Positions 53,130 to 64,000 of a stretch of 64,000 nt of DNA are shown piece by piece; position 1 is the stretch's first letter, and each line of letters opens with the position of its first letter. The position numbers and the translations under genes are program-made. The notes under the pieces are model-generated. The model was not told where the DNA came from, made no database searches, and saw nothing but the letters and a program-made list of their open reading frames with translations. Source of the stretch: Hydrolagus affinis (lineage: Eukaryota); the NCBI GenBank assembly GCA_012026655.1, contig JAAILG010000806.1:1-64000 (forward strand), written 5' to 3'.

Positions 53130-53340
53130 CAACTTGGATTGAATGAATCCATGATCCATTCAGCAGTCAGTACTGCACATCAGCCTTGTTATACAAATGT
53201 CACAGACATCACATTGGCATACCAGCACATAATCAATCATGTGCCAGTGTTGAGACTAGGAATGTATCCTGGTGATTTTATATCTGTTGGCTGGTGGATT
53301 ATATTTGTAATGATAGGTTGATGTTGTCCGCTGTCTCGTC
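53130..53340 (-). mobile_element. RTE-clade LINE endonuclease remnant
   Basis: Minus strand translates IHS*SQHWHMIDYVLVCQCDVCDICITRLMCSTDC*MDHGFIQSKL, matching the RTE/BovB-type APE C-terminal pattern HPRSKHWHxIDY...DCWTDHR. Confidence 0.7.
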
Positions 53341-53889
53341 TCTTTACGTTGGTAAGGTGATTAATATGCAATAAGTACTACAGTGTTTCCAACAAACCTG
53401 ATTAATATGTGTCACCATGGTTACATCAAATTTTAGAAACTCTCGCATCCAAATACCCATGACATGTATGCCATCATTAACCTTTGTATTTGCTTCAGTT
53501 AACCTTTCTAATGCGCTAACCTCTTTAGAACACACAAATGCATTTTTTTTAAATCGAAGGTAGCATTTATCTTCCCTAAGTGAAGTAACGTAACTTGGCT
53601 AACTCGCTAAAGTGAATCCATCTCCTAGTACACCGTGTAATCTCTTCCTGTCCTTTGATCTTCCACGAACAATATCAAGCAAGCTTAAGGATTTTAATTT
53701 TAATAATCACAGATATTATAAATAATCATCTTATGTTGAATAATTCATTCACATCTGGTGCTATGACTCTCATTAATATCCCAGCATCAACTGGGTAAAG
53801 CAAAGCTGATATGCAACATCAGGATCTGCTGACAATTAAGTATTGACTTAGCAGTCATTCATCATCACTACCTATGGGAAAGAGATTTT

Positions 53890-54110
53890 CAGCAGGAAAC
53901 AGGATTTATGTAGTAAGATATGTAAGAGCTAATCTCCTCTCCTTCCCACTCTTATACTGCTCTATTCCTGTTTCTCTCAAGTATGTAGCAAGTTTCCTTT
54001 TAAATGCACTGATGCATTCTGTTTCAACCACAGCTTCCAGCAGTGAGGTCCACATTCTCACCACCCACTGTGTAAAGATGTTCCTCCTAAACTCTCTTTT
54101 GAATGTGACA
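53890..54110 (-). mobile_element. CR1 LINE 3' end
   Basis: ORF 53906..54166(-) FKREFRRNIFTQWVVRMWTSLLEAVVETECISAFKRKLATYL is the CR1 ORF2 terminal motif. Confidence 0.85.
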
Positions 54111-55199
54111 GTCATAGAATAAATTAAGTTAGTGGTCAGAATGTTATGAAGATCATTGGAATACATGGGTGATGCTCAACAGCCGCAAAGGCGCCAATGT
54201 GAATTGCATCTTTAAATAAACTCAAAGCATCTTTCTGGGAATTACAAGCTTCTTAGTGTGACATCATGATCTCTTTCAGAAAGGAGACAATTTTAGTGTA
54301 CCTAGTGAAAGCAAAGACAATAAATATGAATATTAGTTACACGTGATAAATTTATTGGGAGTCTTTGGAAAAGAATATACACACTAAAATGTTCTAGTCC
54401 TCCATTTGATCAATCTATTCCATGATCCTAATCTACAAATAGCATTTTATTCTGAAAACTATAAACCTTAGCACCACCAAGAATAAGAAATGTGATCAGA
54501 TAAGGGAGGGAATATCATCAAGATGAGGTGGATCTAGAGAGACAACAATTACAGAGTGTCCATAATTGCCAAAGGAAATGGAAATGATTATTAAAACTAA
54601 TAACGGAATTTAAAAATCCTATTTTCTCACCTTTGTCTCAATTAAGCAATACAATACAAACTTTGATGTCCATTGGCAACAAGCAAGAAAAACTATTTGA
54701 AACATTAAATATTAAGAATCCCAAACTCCAATACTTTGTTGTGTAGCAGGATTATTTGATTTGCAGGTATGACCACGATTCTCAGGTTTTTGTGATTGAG
54801 TCATTTGTGAAAGCAATAATGATGTTGCAGACATTCATGAAGTGTGTTCTGTAACCCGCAAGCTGTGAGTGGGATTTATGGGCGACACAGAGGTGGCCAT
54901 TCAATACACGCTGCGATCAGATAGTGATTGGAGCAATCACACAATAAAGTATTGAACAGACATCCTCACTTTCTTTTTGGTGTTTATTGTGAAAGGTGAA
55001 AGGAGGAGAGACACCTGAAAAGTAACTGAGCATGTAATCAATCCAGTAAGGTAAGAAAGAGGGGCGGAAAACAATGCACAATAATAAATACGAAATGATT
55101 AGATAAATTGGGGCTCGACATGGCAAGTTTGTGGGGCTGATGGAAGAATGGACAAGAGGCAGAAGATGGTTTAGGTAGTTCACAAAGTCAAAGGATTGG

Positions 55200-55645
55200 T
55201 TTCGATGAAGAAAGCTATAGGCCCATTTTGTCTTATCCTTTCCGAATACTCATCCAAATACCCATCCAATTTCCTGACGTCTTGGCAACACATTCCTGTC
55301 ATTAATTACCCTCTTGATGAAGAAAAACATTCTGGCATCTGTCCTGAAATTGCTTTTTGCAAATCTAAACTTATGTCTTCTTGTTCTACTGTTTTGGTGC
55401 ATCCTAAACTATTATTCTGGGTTTACTTTTTTAATCCTATTTAAATTGTTATGCTTCTCTATAAAATGTCCCCGAAGATGTCTTCTCCCAAGACTGAAGA
55501 GCCCTAGTTTCTCTAATCATTGTTCGGAGCTCATTCCTCTAACACTCGGTGCTCTCCTTTGTTTGGCCGCTAGAGCCTGAGAGGCCCCTTATGTCTTGGC
55601 AATCAGAAATCTATGTGGTACTCTCGACACAGCACTACATAGCTT
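55200..55645 (-). mobile_element. Old CR1 fragment
   Basis: ttctcccaagactgaagagccctagtttctctaatc (RLEKLGLFSL on the minus strand) and CR1-like 3' UTR. Confidence 0.65.
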
Positions 55646-56294
55646 CTTAATATGCAATTTTTTTTTGGACAGTTCACAGGAATGGTGCACACATGGCTTG
55701 TTCAACAGCTTGGTGTGTACCGTTCGTGTGTACCATTCTAGTGGACTGTCAGAAAACAAAAGAACAGAACATTAAGTATAGCTTCACTGCAATTAAGGTG
55801 TAATTGTATTTACTGTAATAATATACAATTTACTGTTTGTTTTATATTTGATGCTGAAAGACATTATTCCTCCAGATCACATATATCTGCCAAGTTGGCG
55901 TGTTTCCTTCTGCCAAGAGACACTGACCCAGACTGGGTGGGGAGAGGCAGCCAGCCTTTCGCACTACAAATTTTATGCAGCAGCTTCTTATGCACATACA
56001 AATCCCTGTCGTATCCGGGAGCTCTGACTGAACTCTTCCAAATCTTCCAAGCTATTAGAGCATATTGTGTTTCATAACATGTGCAGCAAGCCAGAGAAAC
56101 AAGTCTGCCTGATAAACTAGATAGGAAAATGAATCATGCCGGAAAAATTGTGACCCTTCCCCTGCACAGGTGCTGATGTTGAAATGTCTTTTGGTGCCCC
56201 ACAAAATCAGACTGATGAAGTTTTGAGAAAAGAAGGGAATTCACTTTCCCCACCTGGAAAGCAAACGACATTTGTTTTCCAATCCTAACCTAAA

Positions 56295-56503
56295 CACACT
56301 GGTTTCTCCGAGTTTGACGAAGAACTGTGTTAATCTAATTCTCCACTACCTGATTCCGCGAGGTAGATATTTGTTCGGTAAGGGTAGCAATAGATACGGG
56401 GCACTGATGAATAATTTAAGTTGAGGTACAGATCAGCTATGATGTTATAGAATGCGGAATAGGCTCAATGTGCAGATTGGCCTACCCCCTGTTCCTATGT
56501 TCC
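56295..56503 (+). mobile_element. CR1 3' end
   Basis: gaggtacagatcagctatgat...ataggctc...tggcctacccctgttcctatgttcct terminal repeat. Confidence 0.7.
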
Positions 56504-57341
56504 TAAATCCTTAACTAAGATAACAAAAAGGGGTTGCACCTCAACAAGGGGAAGAAATAGCCCAAACCAAACAAAGATAATGAAATGAGATAAAGCAAGC
56601 AAAGCCAGGAGGCAATATCCTTTCATCATTGTTCCCTTCTTTCCCACCACTGTCCCAGTCACATTCACAATTTTCTTCATTCACTTTAGCCATATTCTTC
56701 TTTTCCAAGTTTTGAAAAGTTTCAGATAAAGATTACACTTCATCCTAATTGATTCCACTCTTTAATAAAAGCAACCATTGTCTTTCCATAACAGCATCAT
56801 GCTGTTTCTTGAATCAGTCCTCAACTATCTTTCGAGGTGACCTATAATTGACTTATGATTAAAAATTATAACAACAAATTACATTTATATGATCCTTACA
56901 CGTCCGAAAGGACGTCCCAAGGTGCTGGGATTAAATTATGCAACATTTTGCAAACTCTATCTGGATTTCAAAGCCTGTTTTCTGCAGTTGTTGTCTGTGA
57001 AGACAGCCCAGTGCTTTGAGCGAGCCAGACCTGTAGTATTGCGGGGCAGCGTCGATATCTGGAAGATTAAATTGGTCAATGTGACATCTTGACACCAAAC
57101 CTCTCTGTGATCTTGTGCTGTCTGAACTTTCTGAGACTCCCAAGGAGGACCATTATAATAATGCTCAAATTGTACTTTCAGATCTCAGATTAAGTGGCCA
57201 GCACATAGACAAGATTCGGAAAGAAACTTATGGCCCAGGATTCAGTAGATTGCCAGTGATACCTTGGATACATTACCTAACCAAGAAAAATATAATAGAT
57301 AACCCAGTAAACAAATTGCCATGAATGTGGACCCTCTAGAC

Positions 57342-57631
57342 CAGCGGTTCTCAACCAGGGGTACATGTACCAGTGGGTACAAAATTACTTCCAGTGGGTA
57401 CATTGATTTATTTATCTCTCTTTTTTAGCGTTTTATAGGCATGCAAATTGTATATTTAATTGTTATTCCCCTTGTTTTGTATGTGCTAGTTATTTTGTTA
57501 TATCAGAAAAGCTTGGTCATAAAATGCAAGTGGAATGAGGTGGGTGGTGTGTGTATGTGGTTGGGTGGGGATACACGATAATGTTGAAAATTAACAAGGG
57601 GTACATAACTGAAAAAGGTTGAGAACTACTG
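57342..57631. mobile_element. hAT-Charlie (MER5-like) MITE, 290 bp
   Basis: TIRs CAGCGGTTCTCAACC / GGTTGAGAACTACTG (13/15); 8-bp TSD CTCTAGAC (57334-57341) versus CACTAGAC (57632-57639), fitting the NTCTAGAN Charlie target; internal GGGTAC repeats. Confidence 0.88.
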
Positions 57632-58182
57632 CACTAGACGAGCATCACAGCACTGTCAGCACTGAACAAGGAATTCCCCTGATTTTTTGCTGCCACATTT
57701 TACAACTGGGATCTAAAGAGGGCAAGGACAGATCTATTGACATGTCACAATTATATACGTTGTATGGTACAAACTCAAGTACAAATATAGATCAAACTTA
57801 AGACAACAGCAGAGCAGGTCCAATAGAAAGAGCAGACCTGAAATTATGGGACTCTATGGAGTAACCGATACTGGAATAACCCCTATTGTAGTAACAATGG
57901 TAAAATATATATGTTTACATATATTTACATCTATTTTATATTGAAATATTATCCTGTCTGTATCCTATCAACCACACACACAACCACACACGTTTAAGTT
58001 TTTTTCATCGGCTTTGGCAACTTGCACCTGCTTTAACCTGCATGGATTTTTTTCCCCGAATGTGAGACAGTCCCACAGAGAATCCCACAGCAACAGAAAT
58101 GCAGAAAATCTGCAGAACAGTTGCTACGAATGTTTCACAGCAAAAATAACTAAGCCATATAAGAGCAAAGCAGACATGATGA

Positions 58183-58490
58183 TAATAATAATCCTTGCAT
58201 TTTGATATCGCGATTTCACATCTTCTAGACATCTCAAAGCACTGCATCGAATGTACTGTAAAGTAATTGATTGTATATTTGTGGGTGAAATCCGGCAGCC
58301 AATTGCGCACAGCAGTGTCCCACAAACAGTTGTGGATTGAAATGACCAATTTTTATTATAGTGTTTTTTTTGGAGGGATTATTATTAGGCGTGTGGAGTA
58401 AGGAAACTTGCCCAAGGTTTCTGATCTGCCTGGATTCACAGGTCTCACACTGTAAGGCGAATGCTCTAACCACTGAGCTACAGGAGCTCC
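58183..58490 (-). mobile_element. Full-length tRNA-derived Deu-core SINE
   Basis: Reverse complement starts GGAGCTCCTGTAGCTCAGTGGTTAGAGC, colinear with 40788-41088 through core and (ATT)n tail. Confidence 0.88.
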
Positions 58491-59067
58491 ACAAGGCTGA
58501 ATGCAGAACAGCATTGGAGGAAGGTGCAGCATATGGAGAATATTAAAAGAGGGGGTAAAGGAGCATAAACAGGGACTTGTATGAAAAATGAGAAGCACAT
58601 CCAAATACGAATAAAGTAAAATGTAGTTATTTGAAATGAACTGAAATGCTCCGATTAACAATGATTCAACCAAGGCAATTTGTGTGTTAAAAGCAATGAC
58701 TCCAACATCTTTTTGGAAAGCATTTAGAAATTGCTTAAAAAGAATGCACAACAGCATTGAAAACCATCACATAAGAGGCTTCTCATTTTCTGTAGTGTAT
58801 GACCATCTCAGGCTAGATTTTCTGAATAACAATGGTTCAGATAGAAGTAGCTAACAGCATGATTCTCTCTGGCTTCCTACTCCATTCTTACATTATATAC
58901 AGTACTATTGATTTCCACTTAAGCAACCTTTCTACATGATTCAACATGTATCCGATTCCTGTGATCTAAACCAAACTAAATTTCACCAGAACTGGCTTGT
59001 CAGAAGTTTTAATATTAAATTGCACTGCTTGCACTCATATTAAATATCAATAAAACATACTGGAGGG

Positions 59068-59452
59068 AAACAACAACTTGCGTTTACATAGCAGCCTTCA
59101 CTCGGGTAGCGTCCCTGCGGTGGAGTCTGATGCCGAGCCAGAGGGAGAGGGAGGAGTGAAGTGATCATAAGCACAATCAAAATGGAAGATCTTTAGGCAG
59201 GATTTGAAGGTGGAGGGAGGGGGCAAGGTGACGGGATTGAGTGAGAAAGTTCCAAAGCTTTGGGGCATTGTGGCTGAAATCACAGCCACTGATGGTGGAG
59301 CGGAGGGGACGAGAGACAAACAGGAAGCCGGAGACAGGCGAGCAGAGGCAGTGGGTGGTGGAATGGGTGGGGGGAAGCAGATCGGATAGTTAGAGAGGTA
59401 TAGATTGAGAGGATCTTGAAATCGATCCATTCGGCACAGTTGGGAGCCAGTG
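59068..59452 (-). mobile_element. L2 LINE 3' fragment
   Basis: HWLP..WIDFKIL, PQSFGT/LWNF, FKSCLKIFHFD; caacaac tail. Confidence 0.8.
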
Positions 59453-61861
59453 GATGTTTAATAGAAAATCATACACCTTGCATGTTTATACATAGAAAAT
59501 GAACTTTGCAGAACATAATTTTTTATGTAGATTAAATATTAATCCCAGATTCATGCATGTGCAATCTGTCAAATGTTAAGGGAATTATTGGCTTTATACA
59601 GCAAACTGGAGGGATTCAGCTAAACAATATGCTTATTCACTTTCACACCATGGTTTTATTTTACAGATGAACCTAAAGCAATATGTTGAGATAAAGAATC
59701 AGCATCCCACCATACTGAAAATCCTAGCCATGGTGCACGAGCAATACCGAAGATCATGTCATTTTTGGACAAATAACTTTCAGAAAATAAACAGTGGATC
59801 AATTAAGGAACATTGATACCTCTTGCTTTGTCACTAATAATTAGTTCACATCAGCAACTTCAAACATCCAACAAAGATGACGCTAATTCCGTTTTTGTTT
59901 TGCAATACTAGGTTGATTTCCTCCTTTGTAAGGGTCTTCAGCAGTCTTGCGAAGGGCACCAAAGGAGGTTCTTGTCTAAAACGTGACATTCACAAACCAA
60001 ATACATCTGGTTATTTCAAACATTTGTTTGTCAAGAAAGGACCAGAAAGTCCAATAAAAATCCAGAAAGCAAGCTAATAGTTTTTTTTTAAAAAAAATCA
60101 GTTTTCACTACCATTGCAGAAGTTGCAACTAACAGTTTGCACCCCATATCATATTTTAGTACCTTTGACCTTTGTACTCTAGATCTCATTTCTAGTTTAA
60201 GATTTCACATCATTTATGGGGTTTTTGTTAACAATGCAAGTACAGCAGAGTAATCTAGGATTCATCCAAGGACAATTTCCCCGTGGGCCTACAATTCTAA
60301 TGTCCATTAGAGGCTATCTGAGACCATAAACGTGCCACTTAAAACAATATTCCACTATTTCATAGCAGAGTGTATTACAACATTCGCATATTATAACACC
60401 AATAATAATTACGATTATTTTTCCAATTCTCTGAACACAGTGGCATGTTACTGAACTCCTACTGTTCCAGTCTTAAAACGTGTAAAATTATACTTGCTGG
60501 CCTGATGCTTCTCAGACTTTTTTTTGTTTAATGATTTTTATATCACTTTTAATCACCAGGAAATAGCTGCTTGAAAAAGCCCTAAAGTTTTATGGAAATA
60601 GAATCTTCACTTCTGCTCAGAACATGCATTATTTAGCGAGAAAAAAATGTTAATCAAATGAAGAACAAACTATTCCAAAGGCCAGTTGCGCCCATTAAAT
60701 GTGCTAATTAAAAGTTTTCACTACTGTTAGGCAGCCTGAAGACATTGCTATTTTGCATCATTGTCTCAAAAGGAGGTAGGGGTTCAAGGGGAGGGGGGGG
60801 TTTATTTCAGATTTGGTTTGCCTGGGTAATGTTATTTCCTTGAGTATTGAATGAGCAGTGGACATATTCAATATCTGGGTTTATTCAAAGTACAGTACAG
60901 TATGGGAATCCTGTTACTCCAGACAGTTCCAAGCAGAAAGAATGACAAAGAGACTAATATTATTTCCGGTATTATTTTCCACTTGCATGCTGGAAGCGCT
61001 GAACCTAGAGCGACTGGAATACCAACACAAATAGTATTTTTGTCCCCTGGCACTGGCTGACATTTGTAATACATGGATTGTAATCGTTGCACAAAAACAT
61101 ACCCTTTTCACTGGAGGATGATTGGCCACCAGGCAATAAGCAAACAGCGAGTGTTTTCTGCTCTTTTGTTTGAAAATGAGGAAACATCACAGAAACTGGA
61201 CAAATGATATGTGGTGCAGAGATTAGAAAAGAGAATCTATTACGCATTAACCGAAATGTGCACTTGTTTCGCCATCTTTCACATTGCGAAAACGTCTCGG
61301 AAAGCACTGGAAGGGTGTGTGGCAGCTGAATGCTGGCAGAATTTTAAAGCAGGAAGGAAAAGGACGAGGTGTAGGGATTTCAGGAGAGGGTTTCAGAGGG
61401 AAGGCTGACAGCTCGTTTTTCAAGGGCGCAAGCAAGAGGAGTAAAGCAGGTGGAGCGATACTTGACCGGGCTGCAGGCATTTTATGCTATTTTGCACTGC
61501 TCACTATCCGGCTCACAAAGAGTTAATGATACCTGCCATCTACCTACAAAGGGTTCAACCTGTGCTTGACAGATGTCCAACGACCAACCAGTGATGTGTC
61601 CTTAGGGCTGATTTTGTTCCAAGGAACAAACTGGGATTGGGACTGCAATTCTTCCTACTCCGCACCTGTTAACCTTGCAAGCCAAAGCCCAATGAGTAAC
61701 TAAACTACAATTCCACATTTCTTTATTTCAACAAATAAACACACTCAACCAGACCGAAACGTCAACCAACAGGTAGAAAAACTTCAAATAAACAGCATGT
61801 GCTCTTGTACTCTTTGTGGGTACACCGCTGTGTGCAATTGGCTGCCGCATTTCGCCTACAA

Positions 61862-62100
61862 AATAATAATAATCCTTGCATTTTGATGTAGTGCTTTTCA
61901 CATCTTATCGATATCTCAAAGCGCTTCACAGAATATACTATAAAGTGCATTGACTGTATATTTGTGGGCAAAACGCGGCAGCCAATTGCGCACAGCAGTG
62001 TCCCACAAACAGTCGTCGATTGAAATGACCAATTTTATTATTGTGTTTTTTAAGGGATTATTATTAGGCATGTGGAATAAGGAAACTTGCCCAAGGTTTC
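61862..62100 (-). mobile_element. Deu-core SINE lacking the tRNA head
   Basis: Colinear with 58183-58420 up to ggaaacttgcccaaggtttc; sits inside an older + strand SINE (61810-61860 and 62155-62245). Confidence 0.82.
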
Positions 62101-63819
62101 GTGCTGATCTATATATGTATAATAAAATATATACAATACTATACAAATGACATATAGTCAATTTATTTTACAGTGTATTCTGTGCAGCGCCTTGAAACAT
62201 CTCAAAGGTGGGATGCCGGTTATATCAAATGCAAGGATTTTTATCATTAAGCAATCTTTCTCGTTTGTGAGAAGGATTAATGTGTGAAACTGAAACAAGG
62301 CCACAAAGACTGCAAAGGGTGTCCTTTGTTCCATTTCACAAACACCTAACATGTAATTTTCCACCAACTAATTTATCAGCCACTGACTCACTTGATATGC
62401 TGCTCTTTTCATTTTATTTAACATCATATTGTATCAGCATCATGCTCTCACTATGTATGCAAGCCTTTCTAGTCCATTAGAAATTTTATTATTGGAACTA
62501 TTCATACATGCAGACGGTGTGAACTGATCCAATGGTTTCAGTTCAAATTAAACTAGAAGCTTCCCTTAATATGATTATTTATGGTTCACAGGGAAGCATC
62601 AATATTCACAGCTGCAATCCTCAATGTATACCTAATAACCTTCATTAAAATACTGCATGGTCTAGAAATTCCCCAAATTTCCTGCTTTGCCTTATTTCTG
62701 GCAAATATCTGATAGAAGACCTTTGTAACATTTACATTTTGCTAATGTCTAATGCAGAGAGATATGCAGCCACTTATCTGTTACCCTCAATGGATTATTT
62801 TCCCCTCATTTTTAAGTTTTTTTTTAAAAAAAGCTCTTCTATCATTTGGGATCTGATCTTTTTTTAATTCTCAAATATTTTAACTTACCGGTAGTTCACT
62901 ATACAGCTTTGTTAAAAGTTGCTTTCATTTTCTGTCACTCCAGGTTAGCCACACCAGAAAACATTAAAGGATAAATTAATGAGTTTGTTTGCAAATCATT
63001 AGCTCCAAACATTGCTGAGATCTTATCAAAGTTTAATTGCCGTGAGCCCTGCAGGATGTATGAATAAAGAGTTGCACTCACTGTTTAAGTGTGAAGTATC
63101 ATGCGGGGAGCCCTGTGCTTTCCTCAGTCTCAAATTACAATTAATCTGCCAAATCTCTCTTTGTTCAGTTTGTGTGATATTGTGTGTAGATTGTTGTGAT
63201 TATCACTTTTAATCTGCTGGACTAAATTACAGAAAATGAAGAACAACAAACTATCCCCTGCAACAGAATGTAAACTCAGTGAATAGAACAAGCAAGCCAT
63301 ATTTTTCAGTGATTGCTTCTACAACTCTGTGGGTTTGAATATTCTGCCCTTTCCGAGGGATCTAAGAGCACTTTCTTCCATCTGAAAAGCTCATAAATTT
63401 GTTAGTACACATCAGAAACTGCAGATATATTTTTCAAATACCTACATACACAAATTAAAAATTTTATATCTTTTTTTAAACGTAGCAAGCAGAAAATGGA
63501 AGGATGAAGCACATTCGAGAAGTGAGTTGAAGTCATAAACCATGAAATAAACCATAGTTATTTTTGGCACTCAAACCCCATGCATGCATTAATTCCTTGA
63601 ATATACACAGGTGAATAGAAACTAAATAGAAACTGATAAGTTATGGTGAATTGCTATTAAGCAAGATCAGAGATATTGTTACTGGAGGAATGAAACACTT
63701 TGATATCCAGTGTTGGAATCCTGCAGTCTCAAATCAGATCAGATATTCAACACATTTTTAAAAACATTTTACCCGTCACGTCACAAATTATGAACATGTT
63801 GGGAGGATGTCCCAAGTCC

Positions 63820-64000
63820 TTTGATAATCTCAAGACCCTCTGCTTCAATCACGCCTTTAGCCACCCTCCAACCCCTACCCTCCCTACTCTCCACCCCTCT
63901 TGATCCCAACCCCCTGACTGAGTCCAAATTCCTGACTGAGTCCAAATCCCTGACTGTCTAGCACCTTGAGATATCTTCCCAACATGAAAAGTACTGTATG
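63820..64000 (+). mobile_element. L2 3' end with local tandem triplication of an approximately 18-bp unit
   Basis: ctcaagaccctctgcttcaatcacgcc, CCTGACTGAGTCCAAAT twice plus a partial third, then caccttgagatatcttcccaacatgaaaag. Confidence 0.75.

Noticed and set aside
56495-56680. Hydrophobic minus-strand ORF (NVTGT...LLALLALSH) resembling a THSD7B signal-peptide exon
   Set aside because: No WKxG ending and no convincing phase-1 donor; runs into a CR1 tail.
60868-61092. Minus-strand ORF with hydrophobic stretch ending LNKPRY
   Set aside because: No GT donor after the KP codons; ends in a stop.
61247-61480. Minus-strand ORF MPAARSSIAPPALLLLLAP as possible first exon
   Set aside because: Only a weak phase-1 donor (G|GTTAAT) and it lacks the conserved Trp before GxWGRC.

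Overview
Eukaryotic (vertebrate) genomic DNA, AT-rich and repeat-dense; the repeat repertoire (L2 LINEs with (TTG)n tails, CR1, tRNA-derived Deu-core SINEs, Penelope-type ends) points to a cartilaginous fish, plausibly a chimaera (inference). The only supportable host coding sequence is two consecutive minus-strand exons of THSD7B (24710-23909, 802 bp; 21424-21176, 249 bp) with canonical AG/GT sites and compatible phases. The rest appears to be intron of this large gene; neither the upstream signal-peptide exon nor the next downstream exon was found. The introns hold many decayed L2, CR1 and RTE fragments, SINEs, and hAT and Tigger-like MITEs (some with intact TIRs/TSDs). Most notable non-coding structures: Penelope-type ends with a minimal hammerhead-ribozyme-like fold with a variant core, two tight hairpins inside one SINE relic, a young-looking CpG-rich hAT MITE, and a structurally conserved 3' stem-loop shared by two L2 subfamilies and the SINE. 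No prokaryotic-type system (CRISPR, operon) is present and I cannot support a wholly new multi-gene system. Repeat boundaries are read by eye and approximate unless TSDs/TIRs are quoted.
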